63,980 nucleotides of DNA, filler included, from Fonticula-like sp. SCN 57-25 (GCA_001724245.1; 4 parts of 4 records of this genome joined end to end with filler, not necessarily neighbours in it), one strand, 5' to 3'. Shown: positions 13,651-25,444, counted from the first letter of the whole stretch. The notes: generated by a model not told the origin, from the sequence alone. Program-made: numbers and translations.

Positions 13651-14268
13651 TCAACAAATAGGATGTTCAAGCCAATCAAACGCACGAGAATTGCTTGACA
13701 AAATGCGCCGCGGGCGACCAGGGCCGATGCAGTCGCGGGCCTGCGCGGAGCGCGAGCGAAGAGCAGCAACGTCGCCGCTCGTCGCGCCAGCAGCGTCGGG
13801 CTCGCAGTCAAACACCATGTTCTCAAAGGACACACAAGTGTTCATGAAGATGTCGACGTCGGGTGGCGGCGGGTCCGCGCAGCTCGCGTTGAACGGAGGC
13901 GGCGGCTCGCCCGCCCCCTCCCGGCCCTCCGCAGCTTCGCGCGACAAAGTGCGGCCAGGTTGTCGGGGGGGTGAGGGGGGGCGCAAACCCGCGTCGGGCG
14001 CGTCAGCGTCGGGCGCATCAGTGTTGGGAACACGGGCGATGTCTTGGCCGACAAGGACGCGGCCGGCGACAACGTAGGTAACAGATCGAGTGCGGGGAAC
14101 GCCGCGCTGTCGGCCACGTTCTTCGCGGCGAAGGGTGACAGTGCGGAAAACCAGTTCGGGTTCCACAACGCTGTTGTCGGGAACAAGGTCGACGACGGGT
14201 AGGCGTCCACGGGCTCTGTTGCGGCGGAGACGAGCGAGCAAAGCAGGGAGGTTCTCGAAGGGGTTCAT
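13651..14268 (-). CDS. orphan hypothetical protein
   Basis: GC-rich ORF (MNPFENLP...). A canonical intron (GTACGC..CTAAC..CAG, 14269-14317) lies immediately before the ATG. Confidence 0.4.
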   Translation of the reverse strand: MNPFENLPALLARLRRNRARGRLPVVDLVPDNSVVEPELVFRTVTLRREERGRQRGVPRTRSVTYVVAGRVLVGQDIARVPNTDAPDADAPDAGLRPPSPPRQPGRTLSREAAEGREGAGEPPPPFNASCADPPPPDVDIFMNTCVSFENMVFDCEPDAAGATSGDVAALRSRSAQARDCIGPGRPRRILSSNSRAFDWLEHPIC

Positions 14269-15160
14269 CTGGCGGCGCGTTAGCAAGGCAAAAAATGGAG
14301 GAAACCAGAGAGCGTACTTTTTTTTATTTTTTGTAGCTATTTGCTTTTTTTAGGGTTTTTTTAGGTTTTTGTTGAGTATCACTGCGCTTGCGAATACCGG
14401 CGGGCAGCTGCAAATTGCTGCTGCCGATGCTGGAACCGCGATCAAAGATCGTTCCTCCACGTAACACACGCTGCGGAAATCCGCTCGTAAGCACACGAAA
14501 ATGGCGCAAAAAAGAGCAGAGAAGAAGGAAAGGAAGAAAGCGGCGACGTACCTGCCGTGTGTCGCGTAAATGTCGTTAAGTATGCGATCGAACTGCCGAT
14601 CGCCTCTCCTCCTCCTATCCTCCCCGCTACGCTGGGAGGTAACGCGAGGTTTGATCCGCCTATCAATCAAACTGACCATATTTGGAAACAAAGGCAGACA
14701 AAAATTTCCTTTTATGGACACGTCTATCCTGGTATGGATCGCAATTACCCCTTGTCGTAAAGACGAGAGTAAAGAGCTCGTCGGCGATTTTGTAAGATAA
14801 CCACAACCCTATTTATCTGCGGAATGGAAGCGTTTAGAAGGCTGAAAAGGGAACGACCGCATTAAGAAGAGTTGCGTGGCTGAAAGGATCGTGGATGCGT
14901 GGGTCGTAAGGGTAAGGAACACCAATACTGACCAATACAGTCCTGGAGAGTAAAAGCGCCGCCACCAGCCTAGCGGGCCCATATTGTACACCTCAGCACA
15001 TGCCTCCTATGTCAACCCACTTGGCCTTTACCGCAAACCCCGAACGGCTTTACTGGTGCCAATAATGTCAGGCTGCTGCACAGTACCATCGGTATGGTGG
15101 ATTTAGTAAAGCTGACGTGGTGTCACCGTCATCTTCCTCGGATCTCCTGCCCGCCTCGCC

Positions 15161-16095
15161 ATGTCAGTTCGCCTACCGACGACGGTGCGTCCGCGCCACT
15201 ACCGCCTCACCATCCACCCTCAGCTCTCGGTGTTTAAATTCACCGGCACTGTTGATATCACTATTGATGTGTCGGCGCCCACGAGCCGGGTTGAGCTTCA
15301 TGCCAAGCAGCTGAATGTCGGGAGCGCTCGCGTTCGTTCGCTTGACACGTCACCCGGCGCGAACTGGGTGGCGGCGTCGAGCATTCAGCTTGAGGAGAAG
15401 CAGGAAAAGCTTGTTTTGCTGTTTGCCGATGCGCTGACTGCCGGCTCGTATGAGCTGTCGATTGCCTTTGACGGCGAGATTAACAAGCATCTGGCCGGCT
15501 TTTACTGGACGAGCTACAAGTACAATGGCGAAGTCAAGGTGTTTGCGACGACGCAGTTTGAGGCCACCGACGCCCGCCGCGCCTTCCCCTGCTGGGACGA
15601 GCCTTCCTTCAAGGCGACGTTCACTGTTGTGCTGCGCGTGCCCCGCGATATGGCGGCGATCAGCAACACGCAGGCCGTCTCTGTGACGTCGATCCCGCAC
15701 ACGAACCTGCGCGAGTACGAGTTTGCCCCGACGCCCGTCATGTCGACGTACCTCCTCGCCTACATCATCGGCGAGTTTGACTCTATCGCGACGCTGACGA
15801 GCGGCGGCGTGGAGGTGCGCGTGTATACCCCCCTCGGCAAGGCGCCGCTCGCGCGCTTCGCCCTCGACGTGGCCAAGCGCGCGCTCGAGTACTATGAAAA
15901 GCTGTTCCGGATCCCCTACCCGCTGTCCAAGATGGACCTCGTGGCGGTGCCCGACTTTGCCGCCGGCGCGATGGAGAACTGGGGCCTCATCACGTACCGC
16001 GAGCTCGCGCTCCTCATCGACGAGGAAAAGTCGACGCTCGACCGCAAGCAGCGCGTCGCCCGCACAGTGTGCCACGAGATTGCGCACCAGTGGTT
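15161..16095 (+). CDS. M1 family (puromycin-sensitive-like) aminopeptidase, truncated at contig end
   Basis: RLPTTVRPRHY, TQFEATDARRAFPCWDEP, GAMENWGL, HEIAHQW (HEXXH). Confidence 0.95.
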
Positions 16096-16195
16096 NNNNN
16101 NNNNNNNNNNNNNNNNNNNNNNNNNNNNNNNNNNNNNNNTTAATTAATTAANNNNNNNNNNNNNNNNNNNNNNNNNNNNNNNNNNNNNNNNNNNN
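16096..16195. other. artificial contig linker N44-TTAATTAATTAA-N44
   Basis: 100-nt spacer with a palindromic six-frame-stop core. Confidence 0.97.
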
Positions 16196-17880
16196 CGTGA
16201 CGCGCACCATCCCTATCTAAACCGCCGTACTTACCGCTTTGCTCTCTCTTTCGCAGAAGGAGCCGATGAGCGAGGCGTCGTGGGTTCGCCGCCTCTCCGA
16301 GATGCACACGAGCCGGCAGCTCTTTGAGGCGTTTTGCACAGTCACCGAGCAAGGGGTAAAGTACATGCGGCCTAGCGATGTGATGCACGCGCTGACGCTC
16401 AGCCCGCCCTTCCACGAACTCAAGGTACGTTTTTTTGGACTCTTTCTGCGCTGCTGTACTCACGCATCGCGCGCAGCTTGATCAAAAGGCGCTCGGCGAG
16501 ATGTCGACCATCTTTGCGCTGGCCGACACTGACTTTGACGGTCTCATCTCTTACGAAGAATACATTTTTTTCCTCAAATTGATCAACAGTGCGCATTTTC
16601 CTCTATCAAGCATTCTATTTATTCACTTTCCCTTGCAGCGTCGCCGGATCAGTTCACGATCCTGTTCAAGATGTTTGATCTCGATGGCAGCGGCCGGCTC
16701 GACTACCGTGAGTTCCAGCAGGTCATCCGCTCGCAGGGCGGGCAGCCGCCGACGAACCTTTCGGGCGACATTACATTGCCCGACGGAATTCTGGCCAATT
16801 GGTTTGGCAAGGACGGCTCAAAGTCGTTTGGGTTTGATCAGTTTGTCCAGTTCTTGAAGAACTTTCAGCTATCAATCATCAGAAGTCAAATATCCGCTCA
16901 TACTCGATACATCTATGATGTATATGTGTCATTTATGGTTATTTGTGGTCATTTTTAGTGTAAAATTGTTGTTGGTTTGGGGTCATTTTTGTTGTGTTTG
17001 TGTTGTACTTGTGACATTTTTGGGTCATTTTTGATCATTTTATGTCATTTTATGCTCATTTTATGTCATTTTTCGCCCATTTTTCGCCCATTATCATCCC
17101 GTTTTTTCCCTTAACTCTTCCTCACTTTAATCAGTATGACATTCGCAAGCGCGGCTACATCACCGGCCGCCAGTTCGCCCTCCTCGTCGCGAGCCACTCG
17201 CACGCCGTCCCCGAGATGGCCAGCGCCATCGCGTCACTCCCCGCCGCCCTCGCCGACGTACGTCACCTTTCCCACCCACGTGGCCGTATTGCTAATAGTT
17301 TGAAAGGCGTCCGTTTCGATGGACGAGTACTTGACGTTTGAGCGCGTGCTCGCCGACCTGGACGACTTTTTGGTGGCGTTGCGGTTCTCGCCGGCGACGT
17401 CGTCGGGTGTCGTCAAGAAGGGTACGAGTTTTGTGTAATTGGGTTGTTTTTGGTGTAAATTGTGACACTTTTTGTGTGAATTGTGTCATTTTTTATGTCA
17501 TAAAGTGATCTTTTTGTGTCATGTTGGCGATACAAATCACTTTTTAATTTGAACTTTAACTTGCCGCTTTTATGTTTCTCTCACTTTATGTACCGATTTC
17601 CTTTCATGTGTGTCACACGCTCTCCTTCCCTTACGAACTCTTCACAGCCCACTTTGCGCATGCCGCCATGGTCGTCGGCAATGGCAAGCTGAGCCCTTCC
17701 CAGGTCGACATTCTTATGCACCTTCTCGACCGCGACGGCGACGGCGTCGTGACCACGTCGGACGTGCGCTGGTGGGCCAGCGAGCACACGCAGGTGGAGA
17801 GCGACAAGCCTGTCATTGATTCGTGGTTTAGCAGCGTCAACAGCTTCCTTGACTGCGTGCAGAGCCCGGCGAATAACTAG
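16196..17880 (+). CDS. MICU: MICU-family EF-hand mitochondrial calcium uptake regulator (5' partial)
   Basis: YMRPSDVMHAL, FALADTDFDGLISYEEYIFF, FKMFDLDGSGRLDYREF, WFGKDGSKSFGFDQF..FLKNFQ, HAAMVVGNGKLSPSQVDILMHLLDRDGDG. This is the MICU1-type EF-hand layout. Confidence 0.8.
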
Positions 17881-18135
17881 TTTATGGTTGTTTTGCGTTG
17901 ATTTGTAACCTTTAATAGCATGCGAGCAAAATGAACACAAAAGTGGGCGAATTTGATCAAAAATGAACACAAAAGTGCACATGTTTGCTTAGAAACGCCC
18001 ATGAAAGTACACAAATATCCACAAAAGTACCCATTTGAACCCATATTGACCACCATGTTTGTGTCATTTCCGACTCATTTCCACTTATTGTGCACTAAAT
18101 CTTGTCTATTATTCATACAATTACAAATACACACT

Positions 18136-20064
18136 CTACAACTTACCTCCTAGCCACACTGTTTCACTCCCAAAATCGTCCATGTGCGGCTCCTGCGCCG
18201 CCGCCGCCCTCACCGCCGCCTGCTCCCTCCTCTCCCTCTCCATATCCACCCTATGCCTCTTTGTATACCCCGCCGTGATCCCCGCGATAATCCGCGCCGC
18301 CTCCTCCTTTGTCATCGCCGCGATCTGCTCCTCTGACCTGAACCGCGCGACGCCCAGCCGGCGCAGGTACGCCACCTGCTGCGGCGACGCGCGGTCGAGC
18401 CGCCAGCGCGCGTCGCGCCGCATGTAGGCGGTGCGCATGTCGCCGAATTTGGACTGGACGTACGTGTCGGCGCTGCGGATGGCGTCGGCGGCGCTCGCGG
18501 CGGTGATGGGGAGCTCTTGGACGCGGTAGAATTTGCCGCCGGCGGGCGTTTTTACCATGCGGCGGAGAACGACGCGGAAGGCGCCCTTGGTGTCATCGGG
18601 GTCAGTATCATCAGAAGGTCCTTTTTCGCGGCGGCGGACGACGACGGACGTGCTCATGTCGGCGGCGAGGACGTACTCGGGGAGGCCGTCCTTGCCTTCA
18701 AACTGCATCCAGGCGAGCGGGCTGCCGGACGTGGCGCCGGCGGTGTCAAAGGGCTGCTCAAAGGGGTCGATTTCAGACACACGCGCGACCAATTTGACCG
18801 AGTCTGACGCTGAATTTGAGGCTGAATTTGACTTTGATGCGGAATTTCCGTCGATTGACTGCGCGTTTGCGCCCTTTCGATAGTCTGCGAGCGTCGCCGA
18901 GCCGTCCATGACAAAGTCCGGGTCGAGGCCGAGCAGCGACGGCGCCGTGACAAACGACTTTTTCCTGAAAGAGTCGACCATGTCGATGACGAGGCAGTCG
19001 TCCTTGTCGGGCGCCGTGCGCAGCCCACGGCCGACCATCTGCTGGAAGAGCACGCTGCTGCGCGTCGGCCGCGCCATCACGACGCAGTCAATGGACGGGA
19101 TGTCGGTGCCTTCCGTGAACACGCCGCAGTTGACGAGCACGCTGATCTCGCCGGCGCTGAAGCGGCGGAGAACGTCGCTGCGCGCGTCGCTCGACGTGCG
19201 GCCGTCGACGCCTTCGCAGGTGGCGCCGGCGGCGCGGAAGGCGGCGACAAGGTCTTGGATGTGCTGGATGTCTACGGCAAAGACGATCGTCGAGCGGCGG
19301 CCGGCGGATCGCGCGAGCTTGTGCCACTGTTCAACGATCAGGGCATTGCGCGCGGGCGTGTTGACGGCCGCGGCAAGCTGCGCTAGAACAAAGTCGCGCT
19401 CGGGGGAGGCGGAAGAGGAGGAGGAAACAGAAATGTTGGAGAGGTCAAGGTGCGTGCGGACGGTAAAGACGCGCATCGGCGCAAGGTACCCGTCCTTCAT
19501 CAGCTCGAGCATGTTGCGATGGTACGTGATGGCGTCAAAGACGCGGCCGAGGCCGAGGCCATCGTGGCGGCGGAGCGTCGCCGAGCAGCCCCACAGGAGG
19601 ATCGGCGACGTCGCCTCGCGTACTTTAAAGTGATCAAGCACGCGAAGGTAGCTCGCGGCGGCAACATGATGCGCCTCGTCGACAATGATGGCCTTGAAGC
19701 GGGAAGGATCGTACGCGGAAAGGCGGCGCGATCCGACGCGGCCAAGCGTCGGGATCGACGCAATGATCACGTCAGCAAGCTGAGACGCGCCGCGACGACC
19801 CTGATCAACATCTACTACAAGATGAGAGTGCGCCGCAGAGATGCGCGCTGCGGCCTGATCAAGCAACTCTTCGCGATGCGCCAGCACAAGCGCCTTGGTC
19901 GCGGTCGGCGTCGGAGGCGGGATGCGCTCAATCAAATTGGAAAAGATGACTGTCTTGCCAGAGCCGACGGGGAGAGACACTGCCTGGCGCCGAATGCCCT
20001 TGCCGAGTGCCTCAAGGCACTTTTCCACGCATTCACTCTGATAGGGTCGTAGCAATGGTGGCAT
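18136..20064 (-). CDS. IRC3: IRC3-like mitochondrial SF2 DNA helicase
   Basis: LRPYQ, SLPVGSGKT, LAHREELLDQ, IVDEAHH, SATLRRHDG, VNCGVFTEGTDIPSIDC, QMVGRGLR, ARWRLDRASPQQ. Intronless. Confidence 0.88.
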   Translation of the reverse strand: MPPLLRPYQSECVEKCLEALGKGIRRQAVSLPVGSGKTVIFSNLIERIPPPTPTATKALVLAHREELLDQAAARISAAHSHLVVDVDQGRRGASQLADVIIASIPTLGRVGSRRLSAYDPSRFKAIIVDEAHHVAAASYLRVLDHFKVREATSPILLWGCSATLRRHDGLGLGRVFDAITYHRNMLELMKDGYLAPMRVFTVRTHLDLSNISVSSSSSASPERDFVLAQLAAAVNTPARNALIVEQWHKLARSAGRRSTIVFAVDIQHIQDLVAAFRAAGATCEGVDGRTSSDARSDVLRRFSAGEISVLVNCGVFTEGTDIPSIDCVVMARPTRSSVLFQQMVGRGLRTAPDKDDCLVIDMVDSFRKKSFVTAPSLLGLDPDFVMDGSATLADYRKGANAQSIDGNSASKSNSASNSASDSVKLVARVSEIDPFEQPFDTAGATSGSPLAWMQFEGKDGLPEYVLAADMSTSVVVRRREKGPSDDTDPDDTKGAFRVVLRRMVKTPAGGKFYRVQELPITAASAADAIRSADTYVQSKFGDMRTAYMRRDARWRLDRASPQQVAYLRRLGVARFRSEEQIAAMTKEEAARIIAGITAGYTKRHRVDMERERREQAAVRAAAAQEPHMDDFGSETVWLGGKL

Positions 20065-20485
20065 GCGGTGACAGCAGAATGGTGACGCGACGCGACGCAA
20101 CCATCGAGCAATTGATATGATCAAGTGGTTTGCCGCGCTTTTTCCCTTTTATACTGCTTCTATAAGCTTCAGTGGCACTATGCGCGGAATAGGAATTTTG
20201 ATATAGGACGCAAATACAGTTTGAGCGTGTGAGTACACTCTGGACTTCAACTCTAAGTAATGCCCCACAACCTCCGTGATGCTTTGTGTTTCCACACCAG
20301 AATAAGTAGACACTCCCAATAGAGAAACCAAAGTGCGCTGCATGGCCACAATGAGCATGCAGAGCCGCTGTGGACGATCTCCTTGCTCCTCCTCCCCAAC
20401 CACATCCCACCCTTACCATCCCCAATCGCAACCAGGCAAAAAAGAAATACGGAATAGAGTAATTGCATTACAATAAAAGAAGCAC

Positions 20486-21094
20486 TTAACGGTAAGACTT
20501 CTGGAAGCGGGCGCGGGCACCGGGACCGCCGAACTTCTTGGGCTCGCAGCGGCGGGGGTCAGCAACGAGGAGGGTGCGGTCGTAGGCGGTGAAGATGTCC
20601 TTGATCTCCCTCTTCGAGGTCTCATCAACGACTAGACAAGAATTGTCAGTAACGTAAGAATAAATTTCATGCGATGGAGGGCAGCGACAAGAGAAACGGC
20701 AACCGGCGAAACATCACAAATAAAAGAAATCAAATCGATTTGATGTGCGTACACTTCTGGAAGAAAGCGACGAGGGCCTTGGCGATGGCCTGGCGGACGG
20801 CGTACATCTGCGAGGTCTGACCACCACCGGTCACGCGAATGCGGATATCGACACCGCTGAAACGCTCCTTGCCGACAAGGAGGATGGGCTCAGTGACCTT
20901 CTGGCGGAGGATCTCGGGCTGGACGAGATCGAGGGGCCGGCCGTTGACACGGATCATGCCCTTGCCGCGCTTGCAGTGAGCAACCGCGGTCGCGGTTTTC
21001 TGAAAACGACAAGGAAAAGCGGTGAGTCGAGGCACGCACTCAACGCTGCATTAGTGATGCGCACCTTGCGACCGTAAACCTGAACAGCCTCCAT
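20486..21094 (-). CDS. RPS16: 40S ribosomal protein uS9
   Basis: [55 protein letters not shown]. Introns 21000-21064 and 20632-20752; putative 5'UTR intron 21109-21392. Confidence 0.97.
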
Positions 21095-21537
21095 GTTGGG
21101 CAAAGTGCCTAAACACAACAAAACCAAAGGTTAGTCCCGATATATCGATGATGCCCGACACAGAGCACGCAAACACCCCTCCCCGCGCCGCGGATGGCGG
21201 CCACGGCGATGGATGGATGGGATGCAGCCATCCCGCAATCCATCCAGCTCCAAATCCGCCGCAGCCTCCATCCGCATCCGCCAACGCCTCAATCCACCGC
21301 ATCATCCACTCCTCTGCCCGGTCCACGACTGCGAGAGAAGCAGGCGCCGCGCCCTACCCACATATCCCCACTCCCACGACGCCGAGACGTGCCTGCGACT
21401 CGAGCTGAGGTCAAAAGAGAGAGGGTGAGCAATCCAGCAGCGTTCGATCCAAAATCCAACCCCAGATTTTGGGAAATCCGGGGTGGATTCAATTTCATCG
21501 CCCACGCTGTCAGCAAATTCATATTGGACGTTGGCTC

Positions 21538-22470
21538 ATGGCGCGCAGCGGGCGAGGATGCCCCGACTGCGGCGGCGCCCTCGAGTTTTGCTTTCTCAAT
21601 TTGACCGAAGGGCTTGATATATGCACTCAGGTACGTGTTTTATCTCTTAGAGCGCTTTAGGCGCGTTTGGTTTCATAGTCTATGGCGGCGCATTGGCCTA
21701 TCCGTCGTTTTTGCTGACGGGTATGGCGCTTTGCGGCCCGGCGTTCCCAATTTCCCCAGCGATCTGGAATGTGATACTCAAAGTGAGTGCACGCCTGTTT
21801 TGCAGTGATACATATACCTTTACATTCTTTTCATTTTCTTCCTTTCTTTCATGAAAGAGGAGAGGTGAGTAAGATCCGCCAGATCCCCGCCGCTGGTCCT
21901 TGCCCTCGTGGGCTCGACGACTGCCGCGCGTGGCCACCACAGACCACAATAGACACCGAAGCCAAATAGGTTCATTCCCTTTTTCTCTTTTTTTCATTAT
22001 TTTTTCGCTGTGATCTAACTTTTGCCTTGCAGTGCTCGTACCCGTTCGAGAACGACTCGCTCGTCGACCATGTGATCCCCTGCATCGCCGGCGCGGACTT
22101 TTCCCAAATTCTTTCTTCTACGCCTCCCCCCGCTGCTCCGCTCAAGCGCCCGCTTGCCAAGGCGGCGCCCCGGCGGGAACGGCTCGACTCGAGCAGCCAG
22201 GTGTGTTTTACCTTACCCGACATTCCCTCTCTAACCCCCATCAAGCTTGTGCCCTCTGACGAGGTGGCGGCCGTTTGCGTCGGCTCTCCCGTCCCCGGCG
22301 TGTCTGCCCCGCCGTCGTGCGCGGCGTCGCCCTGCTCGACGCCCTTTGACGGCTCGCTCGACGAGACGCTCCAGGACGTCCTCAAGGAACCGCTCGGCGC
22401 GATCGACGACGAGGCCGAGTTTTCGTCTTTTGCGCAGAGTCTTCAGGCGTCCATGTTTGGCCGCGCCTAA
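21538..22470 (+). CDS. small zinc-ribbon-like protein
   Basis: MARSGRGCPDCGG..ICTQ|CSYPF joined over intron 21631-22032, giving two CxxC pairs, then a low-complexity tail. Confidence 0.6.
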
Positions 22471-22757
22471 TGTGTAATTATCATTGCCTATTTATTTGAG
22501 CATATTTTTGTATTCCTACCCAATGTATAACCAGCATCTTCGGAATCAGCATCAGATTCAGATTCAGCATCAGCGTCATGGAGCATCAGAAACCATTTTT
22601 ATAGTACAACTCACAAACTCTTCTTTCATTGCTCAAGCAGCAGTGTATCACTGGCTACTCTGCCATGTACTTTTTCAACTACCATTTCGTCCAATTTGAG
22701 CCATCGTTCTCTGTATTCTTCCTCAATGTACAACAATTCTCCCTCTAAACATACAAC

Positions 22758-25350
22758 CTACTGCTCGAGCAGCCTCAAAATCACCGGGTACTCTGTCGTG
22801 TACTCCTTCCCTCCCCTCCTATTCACCTCTGCCGCATACTCTTTCGCGCACTTTACCACCACCTGCTCGACTTCCGCCGGCGCGCGCTGCTGCATCCACG
22901 CGACATACGCCGCCTCGCCCATCCCCAGCCTCTTGTGCGGCATCGCGAGCGCCGCGTCCGCCCGACCAATCAAATGATGCGCAACAATGTGACGCGGCAA
23001 AGCGCCGCCCGCCGCCACGGCGTCCTCGGCCGTCGCCGACTCGAGCACCGCCAGCAGCGCCGCCCCCGCGCCCTCCCTTTTCCCCGCCAACGGCACCGCC
23101 AGCGCAGCCGTCAGCATCCCCGCCAACTGCTTGCGCGCCGCCGCGTCCGCCACACGTACAAGCACCACGTGGCTCACAAGCGACTTTTCATAGGCCGCGC
23201 TGAGCGCCGCCGCCCAATCAGCGCCGTCCGACCCGCAGTGCAGCGCCGACACAAGGCTCGACTGCACGCTCGACGCGCGCTTTTGCAGCGCCGGCACAAA
23301 CGAAGTTGCCGCATCGACCACGTGGATCGCCGCGATGCCCTCTTCGAGGTGCTCGGCGGCGGCCGCCAGCATTGGCTCGACAATGGCCGCGATCAGCGCG
23401 TTCACGGCGTCCAGCGCGTCGGCGGCCACGTCAGACACGTCGGCGCGCCACGTGGACATGCGCGACCACATGGCGTCGTAAAAGGCGTAGAGGACGTTGA
23501 CGAGCTGCACGTTGCGCTGCCAGGCATCGGCGCCGCCTGGGGAGGCGGCGAAAAAGGCGGAGGCCGCGTCGGGCATGGCGGCCGATTCGCATTTGACGGC
23601 AAAGAGTTTCACGGCTTTGGCGACATTGCGGGCAAGGCGGCGTTCAAGTCCAGCATCAAACTGAACTGCCTCAATTTCCCTAAAACAATGATGTTAAGTG
23701 ACATATAGAGCAAGTGTAGGAGAAACTTCACAATAGGACCATGTTTGCCGCATCATGCTCACATCATACTCACAATCCCTACCACAGTCCCTTTTCAAAC
23801 ACGCACTTGTTGAGCAGCAAAACGACCTGCTGCGCCTCCGCCACCGTCGCAATTCTCCCCTGCGCCGCCGCTCCACCACTCACCCCCGCCGCCCCCGCCG
23901 CAAAGTACGAATTAATCGGCTCAAACATGCGCGTGAGCACCCGCCCCAAAAACTGGTTCTCGAGCGGCGCAAACGCAGCAAGCGCAACATCACTAGCGGC
24001 CACGTGGGCATCTCCGCCTCCCACGAGCTGGTGCATCATTCGCATCATCTTTGGAAAGTCATTGACGGTCGTGTTGAACAGAAAAGATGACGTGGCTTTT
24101 GACGTGGCCGTGATTTCCCGCTCAAATGACGCGGACACGGCGGCCCAAAGGCGCGCTTCGGGCGACCCGCCGAGCGCGTCGCTCACCGCCGTCAGCAGCG
24201 AAAGCCGCGAAAGCGCCGCGTCAAGGGCGTGTGCGCGCCGCGCCTGCGATGCGACGGATTCAAGGCAGCGCTCCCAGCGCATCCAAAATGCTTGCGCCCA
24301 TGCGGTGGCGGAGACGGTCGAGGTTGGTTCGCCGACGCGACGCGCGCCGCCGGGGCCGCTCGCCGACGCTGGTGGTGCTTTTGTCGCATTCGCAATATCT
24401 GTAATCAATGTGTCAGTTAAAAAATGCATAAAAAATGTGGGGCGCACCGCGGGCTTCGTTGCCGAGCACTCGCGTGTCAAACGAGTGGCGGATTTCAGTG
24501 TCGGTCACGCGCGTCATCGACGAAATTTCTTCGGAAATCTTGGCATTCAGCATGCCAAGCTGCTCAAACGACTGAAGCGCCACTCCAACGTCGCTCACAC
24601 TCTGATGATTATCAATATGAGCATCCAACGTCAATAAATAAAATGGACGTACGGTGGCATTGGCGAGGCCAGCAGCGAGGCGCGCGTTCGCCATGGCGAG
24701 TACGCGAGTGCGCTGCTCTTCTATCTTGGGGAGCTCGGCGTCCACAACGTCGATGCCGGCCAGCCCGCCCTGCTCCATGAGAGCACCTGCGGCAGCGGTT
24801 AACTACCTTTTCATCATCAATGATTTCGCGTACTCAGGGACCGTAGACATGCAGCAGCCTTGGGCAGCTCAACGGCGTCCGGCTGAAGGTGGCTCTGCAG
24901 GCGACGCGCGAGAAACTGAAAGTGGTGCAGCCGGCGAAGCAGATCGACGACCGCCTGCTGATTCTCTGCGGCGCAGAGGAGCGAGGCGACGCGATCGTGC
25001 GGCTCGTTGATGCGCTCGCGGAGGCGCTGGAGAAGCACCTGCAGCGCGTTGTGGCCCGACTGGACGGACGCAAGGAGCTCCTCAACGTGCGTCAGACTCG
25101 AGGCGTGCGTCAAGAGCGTCTCCTGATGCGAGCTCACGACCGAATCAAGGCTACGATCAAGGCGATCGACGCCCTCCTTGAGGCGAGCAAGGAGCGTCGA
25201 AACATTCGCAGCCTCGATCGCGCGGCCAGCGTATTCGCGCGCGTCAAAGTCGGGAACAAGAAACTCACCATACACGCTAGCGGGAAGCGCGGCCTGTAAC
25301 GTGTCGGCCGAGGTCGGCGGCACCTCCGACGCCTGCACGGTTACCGTCAT
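22758..25350 (-). CDS. COG5: conserved oligomeric Golgi complex subunit 5
   Basis: FLVPDFDAREYA..RLDRSLDSVVSSHQETLL, ELPKAAACL, LAGIDVV, FENQFL-like and YTTEYP motifs. Three or more introns. Confidence 0.85.
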
Positions 25351-25411
25351 GCCGCCCTGGTGCAGTGGTTGTCCGGTGCCCGCCAAGTAAAGATCGCATG
25401 CGACTTCATGT

Positions 25412-25444
25412 TGTGACGTCACACCGGAAATCTGTGACGTCACA
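25412..25444. promoter_or_regulatory. two CRE-type palindromes TGTGACGTCACA in the COG5/COX9 divergent promoter
   Basis: Exact 12-mer palindrome occurring twice about 21 nt apart. Confidence 0.55.

Noticed and set aside
16140-16151. TTAATTAATTAA palindrome occurring three times at about 16-kb spacing
   Set aside because: It is an assembly spacer flanked by N44, not biological sequence.
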